From the NCBI GenBank assembly GCA_035084275.1, contig CM068748.1, positions 9,176,001-9,240,000 of the forward strand: 64,000 nucleotides of DNA, written 5' to 3'. The DNA comes from Hydrolagus colliei (Eukaryota). Both the position numbers and the translations under genes were made by a program. Positions 38,832 to 50,717 of this stretch are shown here, piece by piece; position 1 is the stretch's first letter, and each line of letters opens with the position of its first letter. The notes beneath the pieces were generated by a model, which had not been told where the DNA came from, did no database searches, and was given only the letters and a program-made list of their open reading frames with translations.

Positions 38832-39250
38832 AGCTGGCACAAATATCCGGTCAAATGTGCCGGTTTAGGTAAAGTAGGAGCCTAACACCTTTAACCAGCT
38901 GCACAGCCAGTGTTCAGAGAAATATTGTTTTTTCCTTGTTGCTTTTCGTCACCAAGAAGAAGATGAAACCATGGATGATGCCGTGGTCCTTAACCTGATA
39001 AACGCAGGAACTAATTGGACGTATAATGCGGATTTCCTCATCTACCTTTGCATCTCAGTAGAAGCAAACCTTCACAGAGTGCAGCCATTCTGATGCATTA
39101 ATGTAATGAAGAAGCCAGCTGGGACAGTGAAGGCAGTATTATGGCTGTATCCCCTGCCACCAGCTGGAAGTGCCTAAGTGACTTCAATGATGGGGGAAGA
39201 TCCTAATAGAGGTATTATGTACATCAGGAGCTGCAAAACTAGGGAATGTG
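38832..39250 (-). promoter_or_regulatory. ANK3: Putative 5' UTR and proximal promoter of ANK3 exon 1b
   Basis: Directly upstream of the ATG and free of recognisable repeats. Three CAGCTG E-boxes (~38896, ~39116, ~39161) and a CCAAT on the minus strand (~39014-39018). The TSS cannot be determined from sequence. Confidence 0.55.
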
Positions 39251-39290
39251 TTAAATATTACACAAGCTGTACAGCCAAATATTAATAGAC

Positions 39291-40320
39291 ATTTATGCTT
39301 TACGAAGGAATGGAGAATCATTTTATTTTCTGTTCATATTTATACACCGTGATGATTTATAATATCCATCAAACCTGTGCTCCAGTGGAATGGGTCTTTC
39401 TACAATGCTGATGCAGACAAAAAAAATAACATTTCCATTTTCCCACATAGGCCAAAGACTGCATTATGGAGCAAATGAACAATGCGACTCTCACACTGAC
39501 ACATTCTCCACATTTTTCCCTAATCTTGCAATATGCTATGAAACAACTTAAAGGAAGGTCATAACAGCCACAGCAAAAGCTCCGATACAATTGCTTATTG
39601 CTGTGCATTACATGCAAGATCTAAATATATAATGAGACTAGCTTGTAGAAGGCTCCACATTTTGAAGGGGATTGCTTCATTCTGCCTTCCATCCGCTTGG
39701 TAGGAAACCAGCCAAAGGGTAAAATCTTGGAATTTTTGCTCTAATATTAAATGCTTGTGTTCATGTATCTTTAGCCATAGCAAGTTTCAATGATTTTATT
39801 GTATTTTCCCACCTATGCCTTCATTGATTCTGACTGCAGCATTTGAATATTCATGAGGGGAGGGAAGAGGGAAAAAAGCTGCAAGCGCTGGCCTAAGGTT
39901 TAGTAATAACTGAAATCACAGACAGAAGCTATGTATTTTAAAAAAGTGTTGCAGCAGGTATTTTTTTCAGAATATTTTAACAAATTGCATCAACACCCTA
40001 AATGAGTTAAATATACCTTAAATTGCAGGAAAATACATTTGTGGGTTATAGAGTAATTGGCATATGTTTCAATGGCTTATATTAAAGCAGGATATTGCAT
40101 GATTAGTGGAAAAATATGAAGAATGTGTGTGCCCGGGATCCACATTGTTCATTTGCTTCACAATGCAGACTTTCGTCCTATGTGGAAAATGGCTTATGTT
40201 ATTTTTGCACCAGCATTGTAGAAAGACCCATTTCTCTGCAGCACACCTTTCATGGGTGCTATAAATCATCACTGCCTGTAAATGAAAAAAAAGATTTTGT
40301 ATTCCTCTGCAAAGCATATA
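39291..40320. repeat. Long inverted repeat (arms ~39291-39535 and ~40091-40320), probably an old long-TIR DNA transposon
   Basis: The arms align in inverted orientation along their length. Perfect blocks: AATGGGTCTTTCTACAATGCTG (39389-39410) / CAGCATTGTAGAAAGACCCATT (40211-40232) and AGCAAATGAACAATG / CATTGTTCATTTGCT. Confidence 0.88.
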
Positions 40321-41722
40321 CAGTCACTACGATTTGAGAATGACTTATTTCACATTTTTTATTTTTGCATCTTCTGATCTAACTAACTAATAAAGTGGCC
40401 AAACCAGGCATGGATAATAAGAAAGATTTATGTGAACAAAGGTTTGCAGAAGTGAGCTTTGTTCAGACCTTCGTAATTATAATAGTTACTCAGAAGAATG
40501 TTCTGTTTGTCAAAACAATAGCATTGGATGAAATCAAAGCCTTCTCATCCATTCTCCATTCTCTGAACTAATAACACAAAAAAGTGACTAGCTGATTATG
40601 TAAAAGAGTGGCAGAAATACAGTAGCAGCATTGATGACCCAACTATGAAGTAATAGGATACATCACGCATGCAGACAGTTCAAATACAAAAGTGACCTAT
40701 TGTGGATGAATGAGGAAATGGACCATGGCCAGAACACTTCTTGCCTCGAAAGCCTAGTTGTGCCTTTTATATTGAAATTACATTAATGAAACTTTGCCGA
40801 ATAACAGTATATTCTCAGGAGGTTTGGCATCTGTAAGTTATGATGTTGCTGACCACGAAATACTGTCAATCCGTGTTACAGTATATCCAGTGAAGCACTT
40901 TGAGATGTCTCAATGAAGTGGTAAGGCGTTATATTGGATGCAAGGATAATTATGACTTGTGTAGGAGTTTAATGCTCCAGTACAAACTTGCTAGTCAATA
41001 GGCAGATCGGTTTCCTGGGAGTAATAATCCCCCCCAAAAAAATGTGGTCACTCAATTCATATCGGTTGATAGGACACTCAGCGGTTAATTTTAATGGGTT
41101 ACCAATATAAGTCCTTGAAGTCAGGACACTGGATTAATTTCTAGAGAATGGCTTGATACTGCAATTGGAAGACAAAAGAGTGGATACTCTGGAATATGGT
41201 CTGAAATGGGCCAACAAGCTTTCTTCATCTGTCCTTCTTTTGTAAGTACATTACAACAATCACAATGGCAATGAAAATGCCCATTTAAGAGCATGAAGAG
41301 CAGAAACAGATGGGGTTATTCCTTCAGCAAAATCCCTGCTGCAAAGCACAAAGTGATCTGAGCAGTGTCAGTTTGGTTAGGCCATCAAAACTGACTTTTC
41401 AATTAGAACCTTACCTCTTATTAAAATACTAACACTGGTGAAATGGACAAAAAAAATATTCGTTAGTAGTAAAGGCACCTTCAGAGGACAGAGGATGTCT
41501 ATACTTCAGAACAGCTGATAGTTTCAGTGACGTTCAAAGTCTGTTATTGGGCAGATTAAATTGAGAAATGTATGTATGCCCTTGTGGTTTGGGACTTTGG
41601 CTGATGATTGAAGATTTAGCATTTTAAGAGTTCAGGCACAAAAAGAGGAGGTAAGAACACCTTGGAAGCGAATAATAGTGTGTAAGGAAGCCAATCCTGA
41701 CCAGTTCTAGCAGGTAAGTATG

Positions 41723-42018
41723 AATAATAATAATCCTTGCATTTGATATAGCACTTTTCACGTCTTCTATCTCGACATCTCAAATCGTTTCACAGAATAT
41801 ACTGTAAAGTGAATTGACTGTATATATGTGGGCGAAAAGGGGCAGCAAATTGCGCACCGCAGTATCTCACAAACAGTCATGGATTGAAATGACCAATTTA
41901 TTATTGTTTTTTTGAGGGATTATTATTGGGTGTGTGGATTAAGGAATCTTGCCGGAGGATTGAATCCAGGTCTCTCGCTTGTAAGGCAGGTGCTCTAACC
42001 ACTGGACTACAGGACTCC
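41723..42018 (-). mobile_element. Full-length tRNA-derived Deu-domain SINE (~300 bp)
   Basis: Head GGAGTCCTGTAGTCCAGTGGTTAGAGCAC...TTACAAGCGAGAGACCTGGATTCAATCC (A and B boxes), Deu core CTGTTTGTGAGATACTGCGGTGCGCAATTTGCTGCC, L2-like tail and (TTA)n. Confidence 0.92.
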
Positions 42019-43327
42019 ACAAAAGAGAAAAAATGGCCAACAAACATTTGAATGTAGGGTTACTTGGGGGAGGAGAAGGTCACGAGAATTAATGATGAAT
42101 AATAAATCAGATGGTTTCAATCGGGTGAATTTGGGTTAATTGTATAGATTTAATGCCAGAGATGGGAAAGTACTTATAGAATTGGGTCAATTTGAATGAA
42201 AGTGTGGTTGCATGTGTACTTAGTGTAAGGCTTAAGGATTGCCAGCAAGTGGCACATATGGGACACTAATGCACAATGTAGAATGTACTAGTAATGTATA
42301 ATTTTCAGTTGAATACTGGATACTTTGGTGTTAGGAATGGGAAAGGAAGCGAAAGCAAGATAGAAAGGGAGAGAACAGCTAGATGTAGGTGAGAAAAATA
42401 GCTGCCATATAATGGCGCCTGCAGTTTGCACTATTGATAGACCTACCCTTGTTTTTGTGCAATTACATTCAAAATACTTTCTTCAAGAAATAAATAGGAC
42501 TTTTGACCTATCCATCTTGTGAGGCTAAAACCCAATTGTTTCTAACTGCACCAACTAGTCTGTGAAATTAAGTGAGAGAGATGGGTTCATCCAGGGAGAG
42601 TTTACATTCCATTCCAATAAATCTCTTGGGAATTTCCATGAATAGGTGGGATGGATGGAACTCTGTTTAGTTTGGATATTCTTAGGTATGGTGAAGGATT
42701 TCCTTATGTGTCAGACACCAGCTGACCCCAAACAAAACAGTGTAGGATACATCTTTCTGATCAAGGGACTCCAATAAACCTGTTGTTTAGCCTTGTACTG
42801 TATTTAATTGGTTGATCTCAGCTAGGTTGACAACATGCACGATTCAGCAACTCCAAAAGGAATCAACGCGGGCTTACTTAGCTTCATCACAGGCTAGTCT
42901 TCCTGCTAAAAATGGTACATGTGCGGTTCTCAAATGAGAAAATAAGGATGGAAAACAAAGCCAACTATTTATTTCAAAAAGATTAAATGGCTTTTCTTTG
43001 ATAAGCACATTTCCTAAGTGTATAAGTCTCCTTCCCTTATCAAGCAACAGGGAAATCAAAGTTAGCATAAAATTGCACCCATTTTACAATTCATGTTTTG
43101 TACAGGCAAAACAAAAAGGAAACACTTATGGTAATGCAAACCATTCCTTCTGCAGTTTGAAGCCATTTGAAGCAACTCCTCCTTGCCTTTGTTCCGATTT
43201 CAAACTTCCTGCAAATATCCCTCTGTCTCACACTCTCCCTTACCCTGCCAAAAAAAACTCTTTGACTCTGCTTTTGGTCATTTTCCATCTACCCCTTATT
43301 TCCCACCTATACTGATTGTCCAATGCC

Positions 43328-43480
43328 ATGGGAGATCATCCTGACGTGAAAGGCGCTATACAAATGTAATTTTGTTGTTGTTATTTCTCACCTTGCTCAG
43401 GCTTCCACATTGTCCTGATAAAGTACCTAGAGACGGTATCCTATGTGAAAATGCTATGTAAATGTAAGGAGTTGTTGTTA
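43328..43480 (+). mobile_element. Two tandem L2 3' termini
   Basis: GGGAGATCATCCTGACGTGAAAGGCGCTATACAAATGTAATTTTGTTG, then CCTATGTGAAAATGCTATGTAAATGTAAGGAGTTGTTG. A third lies at 43730-43785. Confidence 0.75.
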
Positions 43481-44273
43481 CTTACAAGGTTTTTATAGGG
43501 AGCTGTTAATGACAAGTACTGTACTTAACTTAAGTATCCACAGTATATTTTCCAAATACTGTACATAGCAACTAGCATGGTTCAATGTAGCTTTACAGTG
43601 GTTCCAAAAGGTTCTAATGATATTGTTAATGAGAGTCAAAAACATTTACAACAGGAAGGACGGTTTGAAATGAATCTATGAACAAACTGCGCAAAATAGT
43701 AATAAGAGTCAACCCATCTTACAACACATTTTGGGACGTCGTCTGGATCTGAAAGGCGTTATACAAATGTACTTTGTTGTTGTTTTAAGTGGTATTAAAA
43801 GATTTTTAAATCTCCAGTTTAGGAAGAATTCTAAAGTTAGCTCTCACAGTATGCAGTGAGCACTCAGGAAATTACTGTTGCTCACAACTACACTTGATTC
43901 CAACACTACATACAAGGCAGTACGCTATTTTTAACACCCTTTATTGACACCACTTAAAAACATTGTCTGCATACTTGCCAGTAACCCAACTGAGATCAAC
44001 AAGAATGCTCCTTGAAATCAATTATCTCCCCCAATGTCTTAGCTACCTTCATTTGTTTAATTCCACAACACAGTCAAATAATTTAGGACAAATATTCTTT
44101 TAAATGTAATTTGACCACAACAGTCATCTCAAGTACAATTTGTTGGTACAGATTAAAAACTCCAATCAATTTTTTCCATTATCTGGACCTATCTTAAAAG
44201 CACCTCTCCATGACTTTATGTGTCTTGCTCCCCAGCAAAGGTCTATGGGACTTTGTTGGGCTCCAGTGTATTT

Positions 44274-44560
44274 ATAATATAATAATCCTTGCATTTGATA
44301 TAGCACTTTTCACCTCTTCGAGACGTCTCAAAGCACTTCACAGAACATACTGTATAGTGACTGTATATATGTGGGCAAAACACTGCAGCCAATTGCATAG
44401 TAGTGTCCCACAAGCAGTTGTGGATTGAAATGACCAATTTATTGTTGCTTATTTTGAGGAATTATTATGCATGTGGAGTAAGCAAACTTGCCCAAGGTTT
44501 CATCATGCCGTGAATTAAAACCAGGTAAAGTGAGTGCTCTAACCACTGAGCTACAGGACT
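44274..44560 (-). mobile_element. Near full-length tRNA/Deu SINE
   Basis: Same family as 41723-42018; head AGTCCTGTAGCTCAGTGGTTAGAGCAC. Confidence 0.92.
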
Positions 44561-45119
44561 GCTTCAAACTCCTCCTCCTATTTCAGATAGTAACTGAGAT
44601 TGACTAGATTTGGTTTGAAATTAAGACCAAAATATATAGTTTTCCTCATGGAATCTCACTGATCATCATATACGGTTGCACCTAAGAAGGTCCTTTCTAC
44701 ACTTTGAATTTGAATACAAATCCAGCTGAGGAACCCGAATTCTCTCTTCTTTGCACTGCTATCGGTGGGCTGCTCTCTTTAATCAAATCCCGCTCTGTGT
44801 GACAGTGTTAGGAACTGGAGGAATTTCACATTCAAAGGGGAGGAATGAGAGATACCAGGATCCTCCCAGTACCTTTGGGATGTATCTTAATGCACTGCCC
44901 ACCGCAAATAAACATCTGTAATAAATTGAAGACAGCAGCAACCATATCTTTGGGGAAATGTAGGTCTATTTCACTGTGGAAGTGTTGTGTTTTAAACTCA
45001 GCTGAATGCTTGCAAAGAAATACGTTATCAAAATGAACAAAATAGGGCATCTGCTATGACATCTATTAACAGACACAGGGTGATACTGTTCTCCACTTGA
45101 ATAATATACAGTATTATAA

Positions 45120-45395
45120 TAATCCTTTCAGCTGACATTGTGCCTGTAACATTGAAAATGTCTCCAGGGAATTACTCTAACATTTAGTAACTGCGTGTTT
45201 GTAGGTGAATATGGCAGACAATATTACTATATTATTAGGGATCTACAAACAATCTCATCCGAGGAAGGCACCTCCGACAGTGCAGTGCTTCACTAAATGT
45301 CAGATGAGATTATGAGCTCAAAATTCTGAAGTGGAGCTTGAGCCACAACCTTCTGACCTATAGGTGCAAGGACTACCAAGTGAGCCAGGATGACA
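45120..45395 (-). mobile_element. Old Deu-type SINE remnant
   Basis: GGCACCTCCGACAGTGCAGTGC...TGGAGCTTGAGCCACAACCTTCTGACC...CCAAGTGAGCCAGGATGACA, homologous to 2000-2376. Confidence 0.65.
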
Positions 45396-45619
45396 ACTGC
45401 TTAAGAAATAAATACCTTCAAATGGATACATAATGATGGCTTTTGACCACTAATTTCAATGTTTTTCAGTAAAAAAAATCTAAATGTCAGCATTAAAAGC
45501 CAAATAAATTTATCCTGATTATAGCTTCCAATAGCATTCGCATGGGATTTAAAATAATTCAGCTTGTGTGTCTTTAAGAGTCCACAGTGTGGCAATATTA
45601 AGGCAACAGTCTATAGGTA

Positions 45620-45850
45620 CAGTGAAGCACTTAACATTGGATGAGATGTTAAACTGATGCCCCATCTGCCTATTTGGGTGGATATCAAATATCCCTTGGC
45701 ACGACTCGAAAAGGGAAGGGAGATTCCCCAGTTTTATGGTTTACAATCTCTCAGATATTGTCAGTCATTCACTTCATTGCTGTTTGTGGGACATTGCACA
45801 GCACAAATTGGGTGCTGCATTTGCATATAAATACTGTACACAATCACTTC
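45620..45850 (+). mobile_element. Old Deu-type SINE remnant
   Basis: GGATGAGATGTTAAAC...TCATTGCTGTTTGTGGGACATTGCACAGCACAAATTGGGTGCTGCATTTGC (Deu core). Confidence 0.7.
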
Positions 45851-46486
45851 GGACAGGACCTCGGTTTAAAGTCTCATTAGAAGGACGGAAGAATACATCT
45901 CTCTCCCACCACACAGTAAATGAAAGTCATGGCCAGTAGCCATTAAATGCCATTATAATTAGTGCTATTTAATTCTGCACTTTGCCTTGTCGCACTGGAG
46001 AACACACCACGTGGCTTCTACAATGCGATTCCCACCTGTACACTCGACATGCAGCGGATGCGGCAAATCGCACTGAACTTCTTCCTTCACGCTTCATTGA
46101 AAGCTCATGGGCTGTGCAAGCCCTCATGCACAGAATGCTGAAATCAGGCACTTGATTCAATGTAGAACAAGAAATGTAAATTACACTTCACCCTGCATAT
46201 CACTGTACTGTCAGAAATGAAGCAGCTTCACTCCCAGAGGTTTCAATGTAACATTTATGTACAACACTCACCGTACTGAATACTGTATTACCTATCTCAA
46301 TCTACTTTTGAATAGATCTTACCACGTACCATGACTCATTACATTATGCTTGGGTGTTATTCGAGCTCGCATGTATCACTACTTATGCAAATATTTAAAA
46401 TGTATGCAACATACGAACACCGTACAACTTTGCATGTAACATGGCTTATTCGTCCATGTAAACTTTGCAGAAGCCAAAACGTGGAT

Positions 46487-46831
46487 ATAATAAAAATAAT
46501 AATCCTTGAATTTGATATAGAGCTTTACCACATCTTCAGATGTCTCAAAGGGCTTTACAGTATATACTGTAAAGTATGTTGAGTGTATATTTTGTAGGCA
46601 AAATGTGCACAGCAGTGTCCCACAAACAGCCATGGATTGAAATGACAAAATCTATTTTTTTGGAAGAAATTATTACCACTAGAAAAGTGATTCACGATTG
46701 GACTAACAACCAGGGACCTATTTACTGCTAGGTAAACAGAGGAGAGTGAAGTAAGGAAACTTGCTCAACATTTCGTCCTGCCAGGAATGGAACCCAGATC
46801 TTTTGTTTGTAAGGAGCATGCTACAGGACTC
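46487..46831 (-). mobile_element. Full-length tRNA/Deu SINE with a ~70-bp internal insertion
   Basis: Tail, Deu core and head are present. Extra sequence at ~46675-46745 is absent from the other copies. Confidence 0.88.
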
Positions 46832-47597
46832 TAAACTCTGTTAATGGTTAAAACCTGATATTATTTCTTAACCTCACTGATTCTATCACATGTTCCGGCC
46901 TCCTAGATCATTCTATGAAGCTTTTGCACATCTGGGCGTTTCAAGTTTCCTGTGCGTTACCATAAACAAAATGCAACCAGTAAGGAAGCAGGAACCTTGC
47001 AATCAATGTGCTATTTTGACAATTGCTAAATAAATTGGTTATTTATTGTTCGCAGTTGATTCACACTACAAAGTTAAATTAGGTTAGACTGGAGTCAGCC
47101 ATGTACAAAACAAATATATCAAATACCAGTTTTCATTTGTGGGTTCAGTAGAATACACACTAGCAATAATGGTATCCGATAAAAAACCAATGATAAAAAG
47201 ACAATTAACAATGCAGGCCTAATAAAATAAGTTTAAAAATTCAAATTAGTAGATTTGCAGCAAGTGGAGAAGATGAAGAATTTGTTTGTGGCATAAGGGA
47301 ATGTATAGGCTTGCAGCACACAGTGTGGTTGAAAATTAGTCCAATGATGATGGATGCACTAGCAACCAGAACAGCCCTCGGGACTCACTGCAACAGACTT
47401 CACAGTGGCTGCAATTATTATCAGCACAAACATATACTACAATGACCTGTTCAGTACATAAAAGGAGCTTGATTGTGCATGTAAATTCAGACAACCTCCG
47501 TTTTCTAATTTAAACAATGGCACACACCCAAATCAGACCAGATCCACCTTCGACTTGTACAAAAATATGCCTTTTCTAGTTTGTAATTTGCAATTAG

Positions 47598-47912
47598 TAG
47601 TCCTATAACTCAGTGATTAGAGTATTTAACTTACAAGCGAGAAACCCAGGTTCAGTTCAAACGCAGGGCGAAACCTTGGGCAAGTTTCCTTCCTCAACAC
47701 GCCTAATAATAATCCCTCCAACAAAAACACAATACTAAAACCGGTCATTTCAATCCACGGCTGTTTATGGGATAGTGCAGTGTGCAATTGGCTGCCACGT
47801 TTTACCCACAAATATTCAGTCAATTCACTTTACAGTATATTCTGTGAAGCGCTTTGAGACATGTAGAAGACGTGAAAAGCGCTATATCAAATGCAAGGAT
47901 TATTATTATTAT
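47598..47912 (+). mobile_element. Full-length tRNA/Deu SINE
   Basis: AGTCCTATAACTCAGTGATTAGAG...TTACAAGCGAGAAACCCAGGTTCAG head; GCTGTTTATGGGATAG...AATTGGCTGCC core; GTGAAAAGCGCTATATCAAATGCAAGGA(TTA)n tail. Confidence 0.93.
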
Positions 47913-49316
47913 AGTCGGAACAAATAGGAATTTGGTGACTCAGGAATAGGCTGCTCATTCTTTCCTATGACTTGTCATAGTGAGTCTTTTACACTAGCAA
48001 AAAACATGAAATGTAAATGCAAATATATAGTCATTTGGATTTGCATTGTAGTGGATCACTATGCTGAGCAAATCATTGAACATACTAGTATGGCTCAAAT
48101 TCAACTACCACATCTAAATGTCAGAATGCAATGCTTAATTGACCATCAGGCTCAAAGAACAAGCATTGACAGTGGGAAGAATGTCAGTAAAATGGTGTCT
48201 TTTGATCACAGTAAATCTGCTCTAGAATGCTGCCTAACACACAATTCTGGATTTCCATTCTTCTGGGAACAGTTGAAAAAAAAGCCTAATGTAGTCAAAA
48301 ATGTATGTCTGCACAGAATTATGGAAAGTCATTTATATTCAGGGTTCCTTTGGAATGGTTTCCAATTTAAAGATGAAAGATTACAGACCGGGCAAAAGGA
48401 CCAGGCTATAGGTGAAATTTTGGCATTAACTCTTAATACAGGCCTATTTATCACTATTGATCAATAGCAGTAGTGGTATTTTGCACTAATTGTGAGCTTC
48501 ATTTCCACAATCATTTTAAAAACAGAAGATCCTTTAGGTGGGTTGCTCTGCAATTCAACAGTTGCATATTCTGGAGCAGAATATTGCTAGTTGAAACAAT
48601 AATTTATTACTGCGCTTTACTCTACTCCACCCGTGGGAAATCATTCCACTGGACAGTTAAAAAAGAATACTGAAAAGAAAATGGCAGACAACGCCATAAG
48701 GAAACGCAGGCCAGGGGAAAAAAATTCAGCAAGAGCCATAAAAAAAAACTTATTTCACCCCACAACAAGTATGCTGCTCCACAGTGAGTTGTACATGGCG
48801 AGAATAGTGCTGTTATTACCTGTGTGTGTGCAGGCTGTCATCTCAAGGATTGATGGCAATATCCTCTAGCTGCTAAAACTCAAAAAATTCTTATTACTGT
48901 ATATTTCACTGGTGTGGAAGACTTATGATGTGTGCTGTAATTTATTATTTATGTATAAAACTGTCAAGAAATTTGCAGTAAAGAATATGATGAGGATTAT
49001 AGGGCGGGAGGACGGGATGCTTCTTCCTTTGATCAATCATCATAGTTTCTAGTTTGTTTGACAAATGCAACAACATTGCAGGAATAAGTCTGTTCCCATA
49101 CGAGACTGCTGATTTATCATGCTATGTCTTGAATCCTAGCACTCTCAGTTTTGGCTTGCTCGTGTGTGTGTCAATTCAATTGTAAAAACACTGATATTAG
49201 TTGGGTGTGGTAGGAAGGGGGAATTTAGTCCCCTCTACAAGCTCAATATTTAATCTAAGCTGATTCCTACTGTATCTCCAATCGTTGGAATTTTGTACAT
49301 CATGGTTAACTCCTTT

Positions 49317-49387
49317 CAGCGTCTTGGGACGTCCTCCCGACGTGAAAGGCGCTCTATAAATACAACTGTATTGTTGTTTTTGTTGTC
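49317..49387 (+). mobile_element. L2 LINE 3' terminus
   Basis: GCGTCTTGGGACGTCCTCCCGACGTGAAAGGCGCTCTATAAATAC...TTGTTG, with the stem-loop ACGTC-CTCCC-GACGT. Confidence 0.85.
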
Positions 49388-50599
49388 GCTCCCTGTGCTT
49401 GTACTTTGTATCATTCACGCCCCAGCCCAAAGTGCAGAATTTACTGTATAACATAACTGCAACTTAGCACAAGACTCAACCCACTAAGCAAAGTTCAAAA
49501 ATTATATTTTGTTAGCATCGTCATAGAGATATGAAATCTACCACCATCTGATCTCTCTCCGTTCACCTCTGGTACAAGTATGAACTCACCTATTACTGTA
49601 CAAGGATAATAAGCAGGTACTCACTGGTGGCTAGTACTGGTGAGTGCAGTACTTTCCTGATAGTCAAGGTGGTGAAGATACAATTTGGGTTAATTCCTGA
49701 TTTGTGATGAGTTTGCTGATCTGAGTCAGAATAATGGCTGGGCAGCCACATTCATGATTAGTGCCCTTGACAGCAATTAATGGAGCACTGTGAAGAAAGC
49801 ACCCTGGTATGCTACCCTGTGTGTGGAGCACTGTATAAACAAAGTTTTGTTGCTGTTATTGTTGTACTTAACTTTATATGTGGCACAGAATCACAAAGTA
49901 TAAATCATTGCATATTCCTGTCAGGAATACTTGGATTTTAAGCAATACAAAGGGGGCATTTGTCTAATAAACAATAGTACAGTGTACGAAGATTAACTAA
50001 TGGAAAATTTCAAATAACAGAATGAAAAAATTATCAATGACAAAATAAAAAGTTTACATTTCTGAATCCTTTAGTAAACCTACATTTCCCAGCAGGAATC
50101 TATTTAATATACAAATATTTAAGTAGCAAATGGCTCTGAACTGATTAGTAAACTGTCATACAATGGGTTTCCGTGTTTAAAGGTAATTGAGAGATCTTTG
50201 CTTCGAACATAATTTTAAAAATCATTTAGATCCAACAATTTAAGTCGCATGAGAAATGAAAGATTTAACAAAATGTAAAATTTGCTGCTTTTAAAATGTT
50301 GATAATTCTGAAATAAAAGGTAAAATGTAGTTGTTTATAAATCATATTTGAATTCTGCCTTTCCCAATCCTGATCAATGGAGACAAAGCCAAACAGTTCA
50401 GTTTACAGCCACCCAGTGGAAAATCTGAGTAGGTACAACAGTATTATCTCGACTTGAATGAGTCAGCCACCCAGAGCCAATTTACAGACCTCAGCGTGCA
50501 CATGTTCTGATACTTAACTCACTTGAGCGACGTCATTTGCCATCAGTTTTAGTCCTTGTCAAAATTATGAATTTATTGTATGCTGAGCAGAGCCTTCTG

Positions 50600-50717
50600 T
50601 GTTTCGCCCACAAAGTATACAGTCAATTCATTTTACAACGTATTCTGTAAAGCGCTTTGAAACATCTCAAAGATGTGATAAAGCGCTATATCAAATTATA
50701 TTATTATATTATTATTA
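50600..50717 (+). mobile_element. tRNA/Deu SINE 3' fragment
   Basis: GCCCACAAAGTATACAGTCAATTCA...AAGCGCTATATCAAA(TTA)n. Confidence 0.85.

Noticed and set aside
41950-42018. tRNA-Val(TAC)-like sequence (also at 44520-44560, 47598-47660, 62405-62474)
   Set aside because: These are SINE heads continuous with the Deu core and tail; there is no complete cloverleaf or acceptor stem.
47967-48467. Longest ORF in the window (166 aa, plus strand)
   Set aside because: No recognisable domain, antisense to ANK3, no convincing splice or promoter context; compatible with a chance ORF.
49584-49620. Second possible ratchet point, TAG|GTGAGT on the minus strand
   Set aside because: Poor pyrimidine tract, a competing CAG 6 nt upstream, and no clear downstream RS-exon donor.
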